NCBI GenBank assembly: GCA_965202805.1
Contig: OZ241869.1
Coordinates: 1,152,001-1,216,000 of the forward strand
Direction of reading: 5' to 3'
DNA from: Longimicrobiales bacterium
GTDB taxonomy: Bacteria; Gemmatimonadota; Gemmatimonadetes; Longimicrobiales; Gaopeijiaceae
Length of the DNA stretch: 64,000 bases
The notes beneath the pieces are model-generated. The model saw only the letters and a list, made by a program, of their open reading frames with translations. It searched no databases and was not told the DNA's origin. Numbering within the stretch: the stretch's first letter is position 1; every line of letters starts with the position of its first letter. The position numbers and the translations under genes were made by a program. Positions 10,018 through 19,838 of the stretch are shown in pieces.

Positions 10018-10081
10018 ACTGATGCTACTTCTCCAGGATACTCAACTGATATCTACTGATATTATTACTGACAACTACTGA
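10018..10081. repeat. AT-rich array of ACTGA direct repeats
   Basis: ACTGA at 10018, 10045, 10055, 10067, 10077. Confidence 0.7.
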
Positions 10082-10096
10082 CACGAGAGAACTCAC

Positions 10097-11290
10097 ATGG
10101 GTCAGGAAACCACGGCACTCATTACCGAGCCAATGGGGGTATTCGGCTTCCTGGCCGCGCTCGTGGCCCTGATTTTCTGGGTCTCGGAGCTGCCGCGCTT
10201 CCGCAAGGTGTTCGAGGTCGTGCCGCCCGTCATCTACGTCTACTTCCTGCCGATGCTGGCGACGACCGCCGGGATCACCCCCGCAGCGTCCCCCCTCTAC
10301 GACTGGACGCGCCTGTACCTGCTCCTCTTCGCGCTCCTGCTGCTCATGGTCTCGGTGGATGTCGGGAGCATCCTGAAGCTCGGCGGGACCGCGCTCTTCA
10401 TGGTGGCGGCCGGCACGATCGGGATCATCATCGGGGGACCGATCTCGCTCCTGATCTTCAGGGACATGCTTCCGCCCGACGCGTGGACCGGTTTCGCGGC
10501 GCTCTCGGGAAGCTGGATCGGAGGGACGGCCAACATGGTGGCGGTCGCCGAGAGCGTGGGGACGTCGCCCGACGCGATGGGGCCGGCGATCGTGGTCGAC
10601 ACGGTGGTCGGGTACGGGTGGATGGGGGTGCTCATCGCGATGGTGGGGTTTCAGGGCCGCTTCGACCGGCGTACCGGGGCGCGCACCGAAGTGATCGAGG
10701 AGACCAACCGCCGCCTCGAGGCCATCAACCGGGAACGGCGCCCGATGTCGCTGCGCGACGCGGTCATCATGATCGGGCTGGGAATGGCGTGCGCGGTGGG
10801 CGCCGGGAGGCTCGGCGCGATGCTCCCGGCCGTAGGCGAGCCCACCATCATCAGCGGCACCACCTGGGCCATCCTGATCGTCGTGACCGGCGGGCTGATC
10901 CTGTCCTTCACGCGATTGAGGCAGCTCGAGTCGGTGGGCGCGTCACACCTGGGCTACACGGCGCTCTACCTGCTGCTGGCCGGGATCGGAGCCCAGGCCG
11001 ACCTGACGGCCGTACTCCAGACCCCCGTCTATCTGGCGGCCGGCGCGGTCTGGATCGCGATCCACCTGGCGGTGCTGCTGGTCGCTGCGCGCATCGTGCG
11101 CGCGCCCCTGTTCTTCGTGGCGACCGGGAGCATGGCCAACGTCGGCGGAGCGGCGTCCGCGCCGGTGGTCGCGGGGGTGTACCACCGGGCCATGGCGCCG
11201 ATCGGGCTGCTCATGGCCGTCGCGGGCTACATCCTGGGGATCTATGGGGCGCTCGCGTGCGCGTGGCTGCTGGGTCAGGTGGGGGGATGA
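10097..11290 (+). CDS. DUF819 family multi-pass membrane protein
   Basis: About 11 TM segments; GSWIGGTANM and SMANVGGAASAPVVA motifs. Confidence 0.88.
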   Translation: MGQETTALITEPMGVFGFLAALVALIFWVSELPRFRKVFEVVPPVIYVYFLPMLATTAGITPAASPLYDWTRLYLLLFALLLLMVSVDVGSILKLGGTALFMVAAGTIGIIIGGPISLLIFRDMLPPDAWTGFAALSGSWIGGTANMVAVAESVGTSPDAMGPAIVVDTVVGYGWMGVLIAMVGFQGRFDRRTGARTEVIEETNRRLEAINRERRPMSLRDAVIMIGLGMACAVGAGRLGAMLPAVGEPTIISGTTWAILIVVTGGLILSFTRLRQLESVGASHLGYTALYLLLAGIGAQADLTAVLQTPVYLAAGAVWIAIHLAVLLVAARIVRAPLFFVATGSMANVGGAASAPVVAGVYHRAMAPIGLLMAVAGYILGIYGALACAWLLGQVGG

Positions 11291-12045
11291 AGGGGATGGC
11301 CGGGCGACACGCCGGACCTGCGCACGAGGGGGTGGCGGTCGAGAGGTCGGCGGACTCGGTTGGCGCACCCCGGCTGACGGGGCGCTCCCCTGGCATGTGC
11401 CTGTTTCTCCTGGCCACCGCCTGCTCCCCTGCCCCGGCCGGCCCCGACCCCGCCCTTCTGGAGGCGATTGACTGGTACACCGGGGTGGCCGGAACCGTTG
11501 ACGATGTCCGGGCCCGCGAGTTGCTGGAGCAGGCGGTTGCGGAAGGGGGGCCGCTGGCGCAGATGTGGCTGGCGCGCGTCCACTCGACGGGGCGGATGGG
11601 CTTTCCCCGCGACGAGGAACGGGCGCGCGAGATCGCCGCGGAGATCATCGCGGAAGTGGAGCGCGCGGCCGGGGCGGGCGTGCCGGAAGCCGTCTTCCTG
11701 ATGGGAACGGCCTACGACGAAGGGCTGGGCAAGCCGGTCGATCCGGCCCGGGCCGCGACCTGGCATCGCCGCGCCGCAGAGCTGGGGCACGTGCTCGGAG
11801 CGCACAACCTGGGGAACCAGTACGCAGCCGGACGAGGTGTCGAGGAGGACCACGCCCTGGCGGCGGAATGGTGGCTGCGGGCCGCCGAGCGGGGGGACGC
11901 CATCACCCAGCTCAGGCTCGGCGAGGCGTACGAGGCCGGGCAGGGGGTTCCCCTCGATCCGGAGCAGGCCCGGGAGTGGTACGGGCGGGCCGCCGCGGCG
12001 GGAAACGCGCAGGCGGCCGAGGCGCTGGAGCGGTTGGAGGGTTAG
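11287..12045 (+). CDS. Sel1-repeat protein, probable lipoprotein
   Basis: Repeated A(Q/H)xxLGxxYxxGxGVxxDxxxAxxW..AA..G units; LLATAC lipobox; start at 11287 or 11395. Confidence 0.85.
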   Translation: MKGMAGRHAGPAHEGVAVERSADSVGAPRLTGRSPGMCLFLLATACSPAPAGPDPALLEAIDWYTGVAGTVDDVRARELLEQAVAEGGPLAQMWLARVHSTGRMGFPRDEERAREIAAEIIAEVERAAGAGVPEAVFLMGTAYDEGLGKPVDPARAATWHRRAAELGHVLGAHNLGNQYAAGRGVEEDHALAAEWWLRAAERGDAITQLRLGEAYEAGQGVPLDPEQAREWYGRAAAAGNAQAAEALERLEG

Positions 12046-12148
12046 GGCGTCGGCGTCGGCAAGGGCGGCTTGGGAAGCACTGTGGTGCGTTCGATAGGCA
12101 TCCTTCTGGTTGCAAAATAACGCCGCAACCGTCATTTTTCCCGTCAAT

Positions 12149-13312
12149 ATGACGACTCTGCCGCGATTTCTCGACGTTCCGCAGGGGAGCTTCTTCCTTT
12201 TCGGCCCACGTGGGACGGGCAAGACGACCTGGCTGCGCGAGAAGCTTCCGGACGCGCTCGTATTGGATCTCCTGCGCGCCGAGGAGTTCCGTCGATTCGC
12301 AGCTCGCCCGGAGCGGTTGCGTGAGCTGGTCCGCGCCGCGCCGCCCGGCGGTGATGTGGTGGTTGACGAGATCCAGCGCGTCCCCGAGCTCCTCAACGTG
12401 GTGCACGAACTGATGGAGAGCGGAAAACGGTGGCGGTTCGTGCTGACCGGGTCGAGCGCCCGGACGCTGCGCCGCGGGGGGGTCAACCTCCTGGCGGGCC
12501 GCGCGATCATGCAGACGATGCACCCCTTCATGGCGGGGGAACTGGGATCCAGGTTCGACCTGCGGACTGCCCTGACGCTCGGAACCGTCGCGACCGTCCT
12601 TTCCTCCGACGATCCGGCGTCGGCGCTCGCCGCGTACGCGACTCTCTACGTCGAGCAGGAAGTGCGCGCCGAGGGCCTGGCCCGGGACATGGGCAGTTTC
12701 TCGCGGTTCCTAGAAGCCGCCGCATTCTCCCACGCGGCGACGCTCAACGTGAGCGAGGTCGCCCGCGAATGCGAAACGAGCCGGTCCACCGTCTCCGGCT
12801 ACCTCGAGTTGCTCGAGGATCTCCTGCTGGCGTTTCGCCTTCCCGTCTTCACGCGGAGGGCGAAGCGACGCCTCGTCGCACATCCCCGCTTCTTCTACTT
12901 CGACTGCGGCGTATTCGGGAGCCTGCGTCCCTCAGGACCTCTCGACCGGCCCGAAGAGATCGCCGGTCCGGCTCTTGAGGGGCTGGTCGCGCAGCACCTG
13001 CGCGCGTGGCTGGCGTATTCGGGGGCGGACGGAACGCTGTACTACTGGCGCACCCGGGCGGGCGCCGAGGTCGATTTCGTTCTCTACGGGTCACTCGGCA
13101 TCTGGGGTATCGACGTCATGCACGCCGACCGAATACGTCCGGCCGATCTCCGGGGACTCCGGGCCTTCGGCGACGAGTATCCCGAGGCCCGCCGGCTGCT
13201 GCTGTACCGGGGCGAACACCGGCTGGTGCGAAAGGGCGTGCTCTGCCTTCCGGTCGATGGGTTCCTGCGAGGGCTGAATCCCGCCAGGGCATTGGACGAC
13301 ATAGTCGGATAG
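12149..13312 (+). CDS. AAA+ ATPase (AAA_14) with C-terminal DUF4143
   Basis: GPRGTGKT, VVVDEIQR, LTGSS, LAGRA, YYWRT...EVDFV. Confidence 0.9.
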   Translation: MTTLPRFLDVPQGSFFLFGPRGTGKTTWLREKLPDALVLDLLRAEEFRRFAARPERLRELVRAAPPGGDVVVDEIQRVPELLNVVHELMESGKRWRFVLTGSSARTLRRGGVNLLAGRAIMQTMHPFMAGELGSRFDLRTALTLGTVATVLSSDDPASALAAYATLYVEQEVRAEGLARDMGSFSRFLEAAAFSHAATLNVSEVARECETSRSTVSGYLELLEDLLLAFRLPVFTRRAKRRLVAHPRFFYFDCGVFGSLRPSGPLDRPEEIAGPALEGLVAQHLRAWLAYSGADGTLYYWRTRAGAEVDFVLYGSLGIWGIDVMHADRIRPADLRGLRAFGDEYPEARRLLLYRGEHRLVRKGVLCLPVDGFLRGLNPARALDDIVG

Positions 13313-13373
13313 CGGCCCCGGGCCGTGCTGCCGCGTCAGTACGGCGCACGCCGTCAACCCGGTATACCAGCCT

Positions 13374-13520
13374 TCAAGTCAGATCCCGCAGCCAGATTTC
13401 GGGCTGGCCCCTCAGGCTGACCGCTCCAAGGACTCGAAGATCGAGCGTCGCAATCGCGCGTGCCTCCAGGCGCTCGGCCACGGCCATGACGACGCCGACC
13501 ACCAAGCCCAGGTTCTCGCG
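13374..13520 (-). pseudogene. 3' remnant of a PIN/VapC-type toxin gene
   Basis: LGLVVGVVMAVAERLEARAIATLDLRVLGAV resembles the PIN C-terminus (LGxVDxxxxAxAERL...IATLDxRHF) with degraded catalytic positions; no 5' half present. Confidence 0.6.
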
Positions 13521-13522
13521 GC

Positions 13523-16500
13523 CTAATCCAGCAAACCGGCCAGTGCTGAAGCTCCCTCGAGGGCCGCGTCGGACCGTACCAGTTCCCGCCGCCTTGCGCC
13601 GGATAGCCACGTCACTCGGCTGCCTGTCGCGCTCCGTGTGACGGCGAGCACGTCTTCGATCTGCTCCGCGACGGCGCCGACATGGGAGATCACGCCCACC
13701 ATCCGACCCTTCCCTGCCACCATCGAGAGCGCCTCGATGGCGGAATCGAGGTTGTTGCGGTCCAGCGATCCGAAGCCCTCGTCGAGGAAGAGCGATTCGA
13801 GGCGGCCGCCGCTCCGGGCCATCATCTCCACCATCCCGAGCGCCAGCGCCAGCGACCCGATGAACTGTTCCCCGCCCGACAGGCTGGCAGGGGAGCGCGC
13901 CTGCCCCGAGTCGTTGTCGACGACCAGCCACTGCTGGTCCGCCAGATCCCCGGGGTCAGCGAAAGCGTAGCGGCCCGCTGTCATCTCCTCCAGCATCTTC
14001 GAAGCGTACACCAACAGGTCCCGCGAACGCCGCAACGTGAGCCACTTGAGGAACGCACCCGGCTTGAGTGCGGCGTCGAGATCGCCCAGGGCGAGCTCCA
14101 GCGCCGCGACCTCGTCGGTGGTCCGTCGGAGTCTCACGAGATCGTCGAAGATTGCGGCGAACTGGTCCCGGCCCCGCGTTGCGTCCCGGGCGGCGTAGCC
14201 TGCTTCGCTGGCCGCTCGACCGGTGGATTGAACCAGAGCCTCCAGATCGGTGGGGTCGGCGGGAGGGTCCAGTTGCCCCGCGACCGTCCGGGCTTCGCGA
14301 CGGGCCTCGTCGGCGGCAGCGAGAGCGTGGCGGCGACGGTCCACCGCCAGCTCCAGTACCTCACCCATCGTTTGGCGGACGCGACCGATGCCTTTCCCGA
14401 GCGTCGCCGCATCCACGGGGTAGTGAATGGCTGCCGGGATCGTGATTTCGGCAGCCAACTCGCGCACGGCTTCCGCAAGAGTGGTTCGGTGTTCGCCGAG
14501 TTCGCGAACGATGTCCTGCAAAGGCCTTTCGACTTCGGTCTTGCGGGTCTCACCGAGATGCTTCTGCGCGGTCCTCGCCTCCTCGATTTCCTTGAGCAGG
14601 CGGTCCCGCTCCCGTTGGCGCAACTGAAGGATCTTCTCGCGCTCCCGTGCCGTGTATGAGGCGCGGTCAACTGTTGCGGTGTCGACCGTCTCCAGCTCCG
14701 CTGGATCGGAGGGAAGAACCAGCCGAGGGCGGAACGCCGGGACGACGGATTGGATGTTCCCGTGGAGAGCGTCGAGAGCGTCGCCGGCGGCGGTGCGGGT
14801 GCTGTCGATGTGGCTCCTCGCGTGATCGAGTGTCTGCCGGGCGGAGTTTTCCTCAACCTGGGCAGCTGTTTGCGCCTTGCGTAGCTCTTCGGCCTCAATG
14901 CGGTGATCGCTCAGCTTCGTTTCGGCTTCGCGGAGGCGCTGTCCGGCCGGGGCGAGAACCTGCTCCGGGTCCGGCAGCGGGGCGTCCTGTAAGGGCGGAA
15001 AGGCGTCGTCCAGCCCGGCAGCGTCGCGAAGGTGGCCGAGTGCGCCGACGATCTCGGATCGGAGGGCGTCCAGACTCCTCGTGGTGCCTGCGATCCCTTG
15101 CCGGACGGACCTCTGCTGCGCCTTGAGATCGGCCACTACGTTGCTCGCCTCCCCGGCTTGTGACCTCGCTGTCTTGTCGGCCTCGCGCGCCGCATCCAGA
15201 CCGGTGTCCTGTGGTGGTGTCCAGCATTCGGGGAGGTCGCGCTGGCAGACGGGACATTCGTCGCCCGGACAGAGACCATGGGCCGCAGCTGCGGCAGCGT
15301 TGGTGCGTTGCGCCTCGCTCAGTTCCTGCTCGGCTCGTCGCAGGCGCTCTTGCGCCTCCTGGAGATCACGCTGCGCGTTGACAAGCTGTGCCCGGACCCT
15401 GTCCAGCTCCTGCTCCTGCCCGGCCAACGCCTCCTCCTCCGAGCGGATGCGCGCCCGCAGGTCCCGGCACTTCTCGTACCAGCGCTCGGCCTTCGCCAAA
15501 AGCCCGGCGGCGGCTTTGGCCGCTTCAAATAGCGGCGGCTCCAGCCCCTGGTGCCGGGCCAGCTCATCTCCTGCCGATTCGAGGGCCTGCCGGGCCCGGG
15601 CTTGGCGCTTCTCCGCCCCGACCTCGCCGGCGATCGCTTCACGCAGCTTCCGGGCTGCCCTGACCGCCCGCTCTACCTCATTCGGGATCGCGTCCAGCGT
15701 GGCGAGGGTACGCGCGATCTCGTGATGGTCGGGGCCGTCATCCGTGGGAATGCCGTTCAGGTCTCGCTTCAGGCCGGCCTCCCGCCGCTCCAGTTCCGTC
15801 GCTTCGGCATCCATCCGGCGCTGCGCACTATCCAGGGGCGCCAGCCGGTCGGCCATTTCGTCCATCGCCAACGGGGTCACGCGCTCGCTTGCACGCCGGG
15901 CGGCTCCGACTCTTTCCTCGGATCGACGGATGACATCACGAGCCTGCCTGGACCGGTCCCGAAGATCGGTCAGAGCATCCGCCTCACGGCTCGCCGCGTC
16001 GGCCTGGGCGGTGAGCCCCGCAAGGTGCACCTCGGGATCATCCGGATGGCGCCCCACTTCGTCGTGCAGTCGCACAGCCAGCGTCTTGACTTCGGCCAGT
16101 CGCTGCCCTGCCGCCTCTCCCGCCGCCTCCAGATCCTGGGTGCGCCACACCTGGCGCAGGATCTCGGTGCGGGCGGACGGCGCGTCTTCGACCAGGAGGC
16201 GGGCGAAGCGCCCCTGTGGCAGGATCACGGTGCGCAGGAACGCATCGCTGTCGAGACCGATCAGCGCCCGTACCCGCTCGTTGACCGGCCGGACCTGCTC
16301 GACCTTCTCGATCGTCTCGCCCTCGGGCCCGTAGCGAACCAGCTGCGCCTGAGCCGGTCGGAGTCCGCCTGCACCCGACCTCCGGTCGACCCGCGCCACC
16401 TCCCACTCCTCACCGGCCACCCGGAAGCGCAACACCACGCGCATCACGTCCGACGTGTCGTTCATCAACTCCTGCTTGGATCGGCCCCCGAGAGAGGTCT

Positions 16501-16654
16501 GTCCGTACAGGGCGTACGTCATCGCCTCGAGGATGGAGGACTTTCCCGCGCCGGTGTCGCCGATCACCGCGACCTGGGTGCGGTTGCCGAAGTCGATCCC
16601 GACCTCGGCCCGGAAGGAACGCAGTCCCTCAATGCTGATTCGAAGTGGTCGCAT
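13523..16654 (-). CDS. sbcC: SbcC/Rad50 SMC-family ATPase
   Basis: Walker A GDTGAGKSS, Q-loop LPQGRF, CPVC zinc hook, LSGGE, LFLDEGFGSLD, ISH; long coiled coils. Confidence 0.93.
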   Translation of the reverse strand: MRPLRISIEGLRSFRAEVGIDFGNRTQVAVIGDTGAGKSSILEAMTYALYGQTSLGGRSKQELMNDTSDVMRVVLRFRVAGEEWEVARVDRRSGAGGLRPAQAQLVRYGPEGETIEKVEQVRPVNERVRALIGLDSDAFLRTVILPQGRFARLLVEDAPSARTEILRQVWRTQDLEAAGEAAGQRLAEVKTLAVRLHDEVGRHPDDPEVHLAGLTAQADAASREADALTDLRDRSRQARDVIRRSEERVGAARRASERVTPLAMDEMADRLAPLDSAQRRMDAEATELERREAGLKRDLNGIPTDDGPDHHEIARTLATLDAIPNEVERAVRAARKLREAIAGEVGAEKRQARARQALESAGDELARHQGLEPPLFEAAKAAAGLLAKAERWYEKCRDLRARIRSEEEALAGQEQELDRVRAQLVNAQRDLQEAQERLRRAEQELSEAQRTNAAAAAAHGLCPGDECPVCQRDLPECWTPPQDTGLDAAREADKTARSQAGEASNVVADLKAQQRSVRQGIAGTTRSLDALRSEIVGALGHLRDAAGLDDAFPPLQDAPLPDPEQVLAPAGQRLREAETKLSDHRIEAEELRKAQTAAQVEENSARQTLDHARSHIDSTRTAAGDALDALHGNIQSVVPAFRPRLVLPSDPAELETVDTATVDRASYTAREREKILQLRQRERDRLLKEIEEARTAQKHLGETRKTEVERPLQDIVRELGEHRTTLAEAVRELAAEITIPAAIHYPVDAATLGKGIGRVRQTMGEVLELAVDRRRHALAAADEARREARTVAGQLDPPADPTDLEALVQSTGRAASEAGYAARDATRGRDQFAAIFDDLVRLRRTTDEVAALELALGDLDAALKPGAFLKWLTLRRSRDLLVYASKMLEEMTAGRYAFADPGDLADQQWLVVDNDSGQARSPASLSGGEQFIGSLALALGMVEMMARSGGRLESLFLDEGFGSLDRNNLDSAIEALSMVAGKGRMVGVISHVGAVAEQIEDVLAVTRSATGSRVTWLSGARRRELVRSDAALEGASALAGLLD

Positions 16655-16658
16655 TCGA

Positions 16659-17966
16659 TCAGTCGCCCACCTGATGACCCGGTTCACCCGTGTGCGGTCT
16701 GTCGCGTTGCCCGGCCGCACCGCCTCCCGATCCGCCGCGCAATGCGGCGAGGACGTCCTCGGCACGCATCGTGAGCTCGGTCAATCCGAAGTCCGGTCCA
16801 TCCTCGTCCCCCGCGCCGGCCACGGCCTCGCGAAAGAGTGCCAGTACCGTGTCCCGGGGCGCTTTCGTCGCCTTGCCCGTCGCCGCCGTGCCCCGCCATT
16901 CGACAAAGAGATCTTCAATGGAGGGCTCGTCGCTGTCCTCCGCCCCGGAGATCGCCTTGACGGACCGGTTGGCCACTTCGTTCACCAGGTTGAAGATCAC
17001 GCACCCCGGGGACCACTCGGCCACCCGGTCGGCCAGCTCGGGAATCGGATCGTCGGACTTGACGACGGCCTTGAGGAAACACCCGTCCAATGCGCCGTTC
17101 GCCGCGCGCGCCTCCAGTTCGTACAACGTCCCGGCGAAGCTCTGCAGCGGCCGCCCCGGGGGCAGTTCCCGTTCGCGGATCCGGACGTCGTCGCCGATCG
17201 TGACCACGACCGCGTGCTTGGTCTGTCCGCCCTCGCCGTAGTCCAGCGGGATGAGCGACCCGGCGTAGCGGCCGCGCGCGCTGCCGGGAAGCTGCTGAGG
17301 GTCGTGGATGTGCCCGAAGGCGCAGTAGAGCGCGCGGTGCAGACCCTTCGTGTGCGTGGCGTGGTCCTCGCCGACCGTGAACCGCCGTTCGGAGTTCCCG
17401 GGACGCGCCCCGTCGACGTGCAGGTGCGCCGCGTAGAGGACGATGCCGTGCGGGCCTGCAACCTCGCGCGCGCCGCCGATCACATGGTCGTTGAGGTTGC
17501 GGATGCCATCGGCGTAGTCGCCCTCGAAGCGCGAGGCGTCGCCGGTGGCGTAGTCGGTGATCGCGCCCGGCGGGATGAAGGGAACGCAGGCGAGGGCGAC
17601 GGGCACCTCCGCGAGGGCGTCGAACTCCAGGACGCGCGGCGAGGTGACGAACCACAGGCGGCGGGGCGAGGCCATGCCCGCCATATCGTCGAGTACGTCG
17701 AACAGGGCGCCCGAGTCGTGATTGCCGCCGATCACCACGGTCGGTGCGATCTTCGCAAGCCGCTGGAGGGCCGTGACACCGAGACGCAGCGCCGGGTACG
17801 GAGGCCGGTAGGCATCGAAGAGGTCGCCCGCGTGAACGATCAGGTCGGGGCGCTCGGAGGCAGCCACGTCCAGCAGCGCACGCAGCGCCGCCTGGTGATC
17901 CTCCATCCTGTCGTGGCGTCCCAGCTTCGCCCCGAGGTGCCAGTCGGCGGTGTGAAGCAGCTTCAC
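16659..17966 (-). CDS. sbcD: SbcD/Mre11 nuclease
   Basis: HTADWHLG, AGDLFD, GNHD, GHIH metallophosphoesterase motifs. Confidence 0.93.
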   Translation of the reverse strand: MKLLHTADWHLGAKLGRHDRMEDHQAALRALLDVAASERPDLIVHAGDLFDAYRPPYPALRLGVTALQRLAKIAPTVVIGGNHDSGALFDVLDDMAGMASPRRLWFVTSPRVLEFDALAEVPVALACVPFIPPGAITDYATGDASRFEGDYADGIRNLNDHVIGGAREVAGPHGIVLYAAHLHVDGARPGNSERRFTVGEDHATHTKGLHRALYCAFGHIHDPQQLPGSARGRYAGSLIPLDYGEGGQTKHAVVVTIGDDVRIRERELPPGRPLQSFAGTLYELEARAANGALDGCFLKAVVKSDDPIPELADRVAEWSPGCVIFNLVNEVANRSVKAISGAEDSDEPSIEDLFVEWRGTAATGKATKAPRDTVLALFREAVAGAGDEDGPDFGLTELTMRAEDVLAALRGGSGGGAAGQRDRPHTGEPGHQVGD

Positions 17967-17975
17967 GGCGCTTCC

Positions 17976-19838
17976 CTACAACTCGACCTTCGAGCCCGAC
18001 ATGGCGGTCAGGTTGGTGATGATCGTGTCCGTGCGCTTCCGGTCCCGCGCGTCGTCGGCTTCGGCCTCGTCGGGGTTGGTGGCGTACGGCGGGAAGGGAA
18101 AGCGCAGCGGGATCGGCTCGGGCACGATCGGCTGGGACAGCACCATGGTCCCCGGCATGAAGCGTGACGCGCGCTCGCGAAGCGCGGAAGACAGGAAGCG
18201 GTAGGCGTCGGCCTCGTTCGCGTCGAGCCGTCCGGCCACCTTGAGCGATGCGTTGCGGGGGAGCGCCGGAGCAACCGCTGAAGCGGCCTGTTGCGCGCCC
18301 ACGAGGAGCACGCCCAGGGAGCGTCCGCGCTCGGCGATGTCGACGAGCAACTCCCGCAGCGGCGAGTAGCCCTTCGCGGGAGCATACTTGTTGAGTTCGT
18401 CCAGGACTACGAACCGCAGCGGAACGCGCCCCGTCCCCTGCTTCTCGCGCCACACCCCGTCCAGCAGTGAGCCCACCACAAAGCGCTGGGCGTCGTCGTG
18501 CAGGGTGGAGATGTCGACCACGTGCAGGCGGGCGTTCTCCGACGACACGGGCTTGAGGCCGCAACCGATCAGCGGCCCGATGTGCTTGCGGAGCCGGAGC
18601 AGGCGGCGCAGGTATGCCTGGCGCGTGCCCGACTGGGTGCGCCCGAACCAGGCCTTGAGGGTCTCGTCGTCGTCCCGGTTGGCCATCTTCTCGGTGAAAT
18701 CGACGAAATCCCCGAAGTCCTCCAGAACGTGGCCGGCGCCCGCACGCACCGACTCCGGTTCTCGAGCCGCCAGCCGGTCCGGATCAAAGCTCGTGTCCTC
18801 CGGGACGGTCGGGAGGATTACCACCGCGCCCGACTCTCCGCCCTCCATGCGGCGAAGGTGTCGCAGAAGCTGAATGCGGAACTGCTGTTCTATGAAGCCG
18901 ACCTGGGTCGAGCGGTCGTCCTCGGACGTGAAGCAGAACTGGAGGAGCTGGTCGCGGATGAACTGTTCCGGGGTCCAGCCGTAGGCGTGCACATCACCGG
19001 TGTCGCGGGACTTGACGCCGGGCACCCTCCCCGAGACGCCGGGCCGCCGGGGTGCGTAAAGGCGCACCGAGCGGAAAGGGCCGGGATCGGCGACGCCCAG
19101 GGCGCGCCACTGAGTGCGCGCGTCCGGCCTGCCCGGAAACTCCGAGTTCGGGCGATCGAGGTGGAGCAGATCCTCTCCCTTGGTGTTGAAGACGAGCGCG
19201 CGCACGTTCTGGCGCTCGGCACGCCCTCCAAGCAGCGCCATCCCGCCTTCGGTCTCCAGGAGCTGGTAGAGAATGTACAGCGCGTACGAGGTCTTGGTCG
19301 CGACGCCCGAGATACCCGAGATCGAGAAGTGCCCACCGGAACGCCCGTCGACGAAGCGCATGTCCGCGTAAAGGGGCTTGCCCCCCATGTCCACGCCGAC
19401 GGGGAGCTTGCCGCGCTTCATCTCGTCCTCGAACAGGGCGATCGTGCGGTCCTGACCCACGGCGCGCATGGCCACCGAGCCCGCGTCCGGGGCCACGAAG
19501 AGCTCGGGAACGACGCGCAGCACCCGCACCTCGGCCAGGCGCACGTGCTCGGCAGGCAGGATGCGATCGACGACCCGGGCCGTGTCGGAGGGCAGCTCGG
19601 CGCCCTCGAACCGGCTGCGCAACTCGGTGACGATTCCGTAGTGGGTGACCTCTTCCCCGTCGGGGAGTTCGTTGCGCACCGCGACCAGCTGGTCCAACTG
19701 CACGTGCGCGCCGGGATCGAGCACCACCTGGAACTCGCGCGAATTGCTGCCGTGCGCGCCGTCCACCAACCCGATCCGCGGGTCCGGCACCGTGCTGTCG
19801 TCGTCGCTTCCGGTCATCTGGCCCTCCTGGTCGTTCAC
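17976..19838 (-). CDS. herA: HerA-family ATPase/DNA translocase (N-terminal HAS-barrel-like region)
   Basis: Variant Walker A SGISGVATKTS, VFNTKGEDLL, Walker B FVVLDELNKYAP, RGRSLGVLLVGAQQ. Confidence 0.85.
   Translation of the reverse strand: MNDQEGQMTGSDDDSTVPDPRIGLVDGAHGSNSREFQVVLDPGAHVQLDQLVAVRNELPDGEEVTHYGIVTELRSRFEGAELPSDTARVVDRILPAEHVRLAEVRVLRVVPELFVAPDAGSVAMRAVGQDRTIALFEDEMKRGKLPVGVDMGGKPLYADMRFVDGRSGGHFSISGISGVATKTSYALYILYQLLETEGGMALLGGRAERQNVRALVFNTKGEDLLHLDRPNSEFPGRPDARTQWRALGVADPGPFRSVRLYAPRRPGVSGRVPGVKSRDTGDVHAYGWTPEQFIRDQLLQFCFTSEDDRSTQVGFIEQQFRIQLLRHLRRMEGGESGAVVILPTVPEDTSFDPDRLAAREPESVRAGAGHVLEDFGDFVDFTEKMANRDDDETLKAWFGRTQSGTRQAYLRRLLRLRKHIGPLIGCGLKPVSSENARLHVVDISTLHDDAQRFVVGSLLDGVWREKQGTGRVPLRFVVLDELNKYAPAKGYSPLRELLVDIAERGRSLGVLLVGAQQAASAVAPALPRNASLKVAGRLDANEADAYRFLSSALRERASRFMPGTMVLSQPIVPEPIPLRFPFPPYATNPDEAEADDARDRKRTDTIITNLTAMSGSKVEL

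Noticed and set aside
10018..10081. CRISPR array
   Set aside because: Repeat units are 5-7 bp with no spacers, and there are no cas genes in the window.
13523..17966. Wadjet or Lamassu interpretation of the second SMC-like ATPase
   Set aside because: An adjacent Mre11/SbcD nuclease and SbcC-type head motifs fit SbcCD; no JetA/B/D or LmuA/C-like genes are recognisable.
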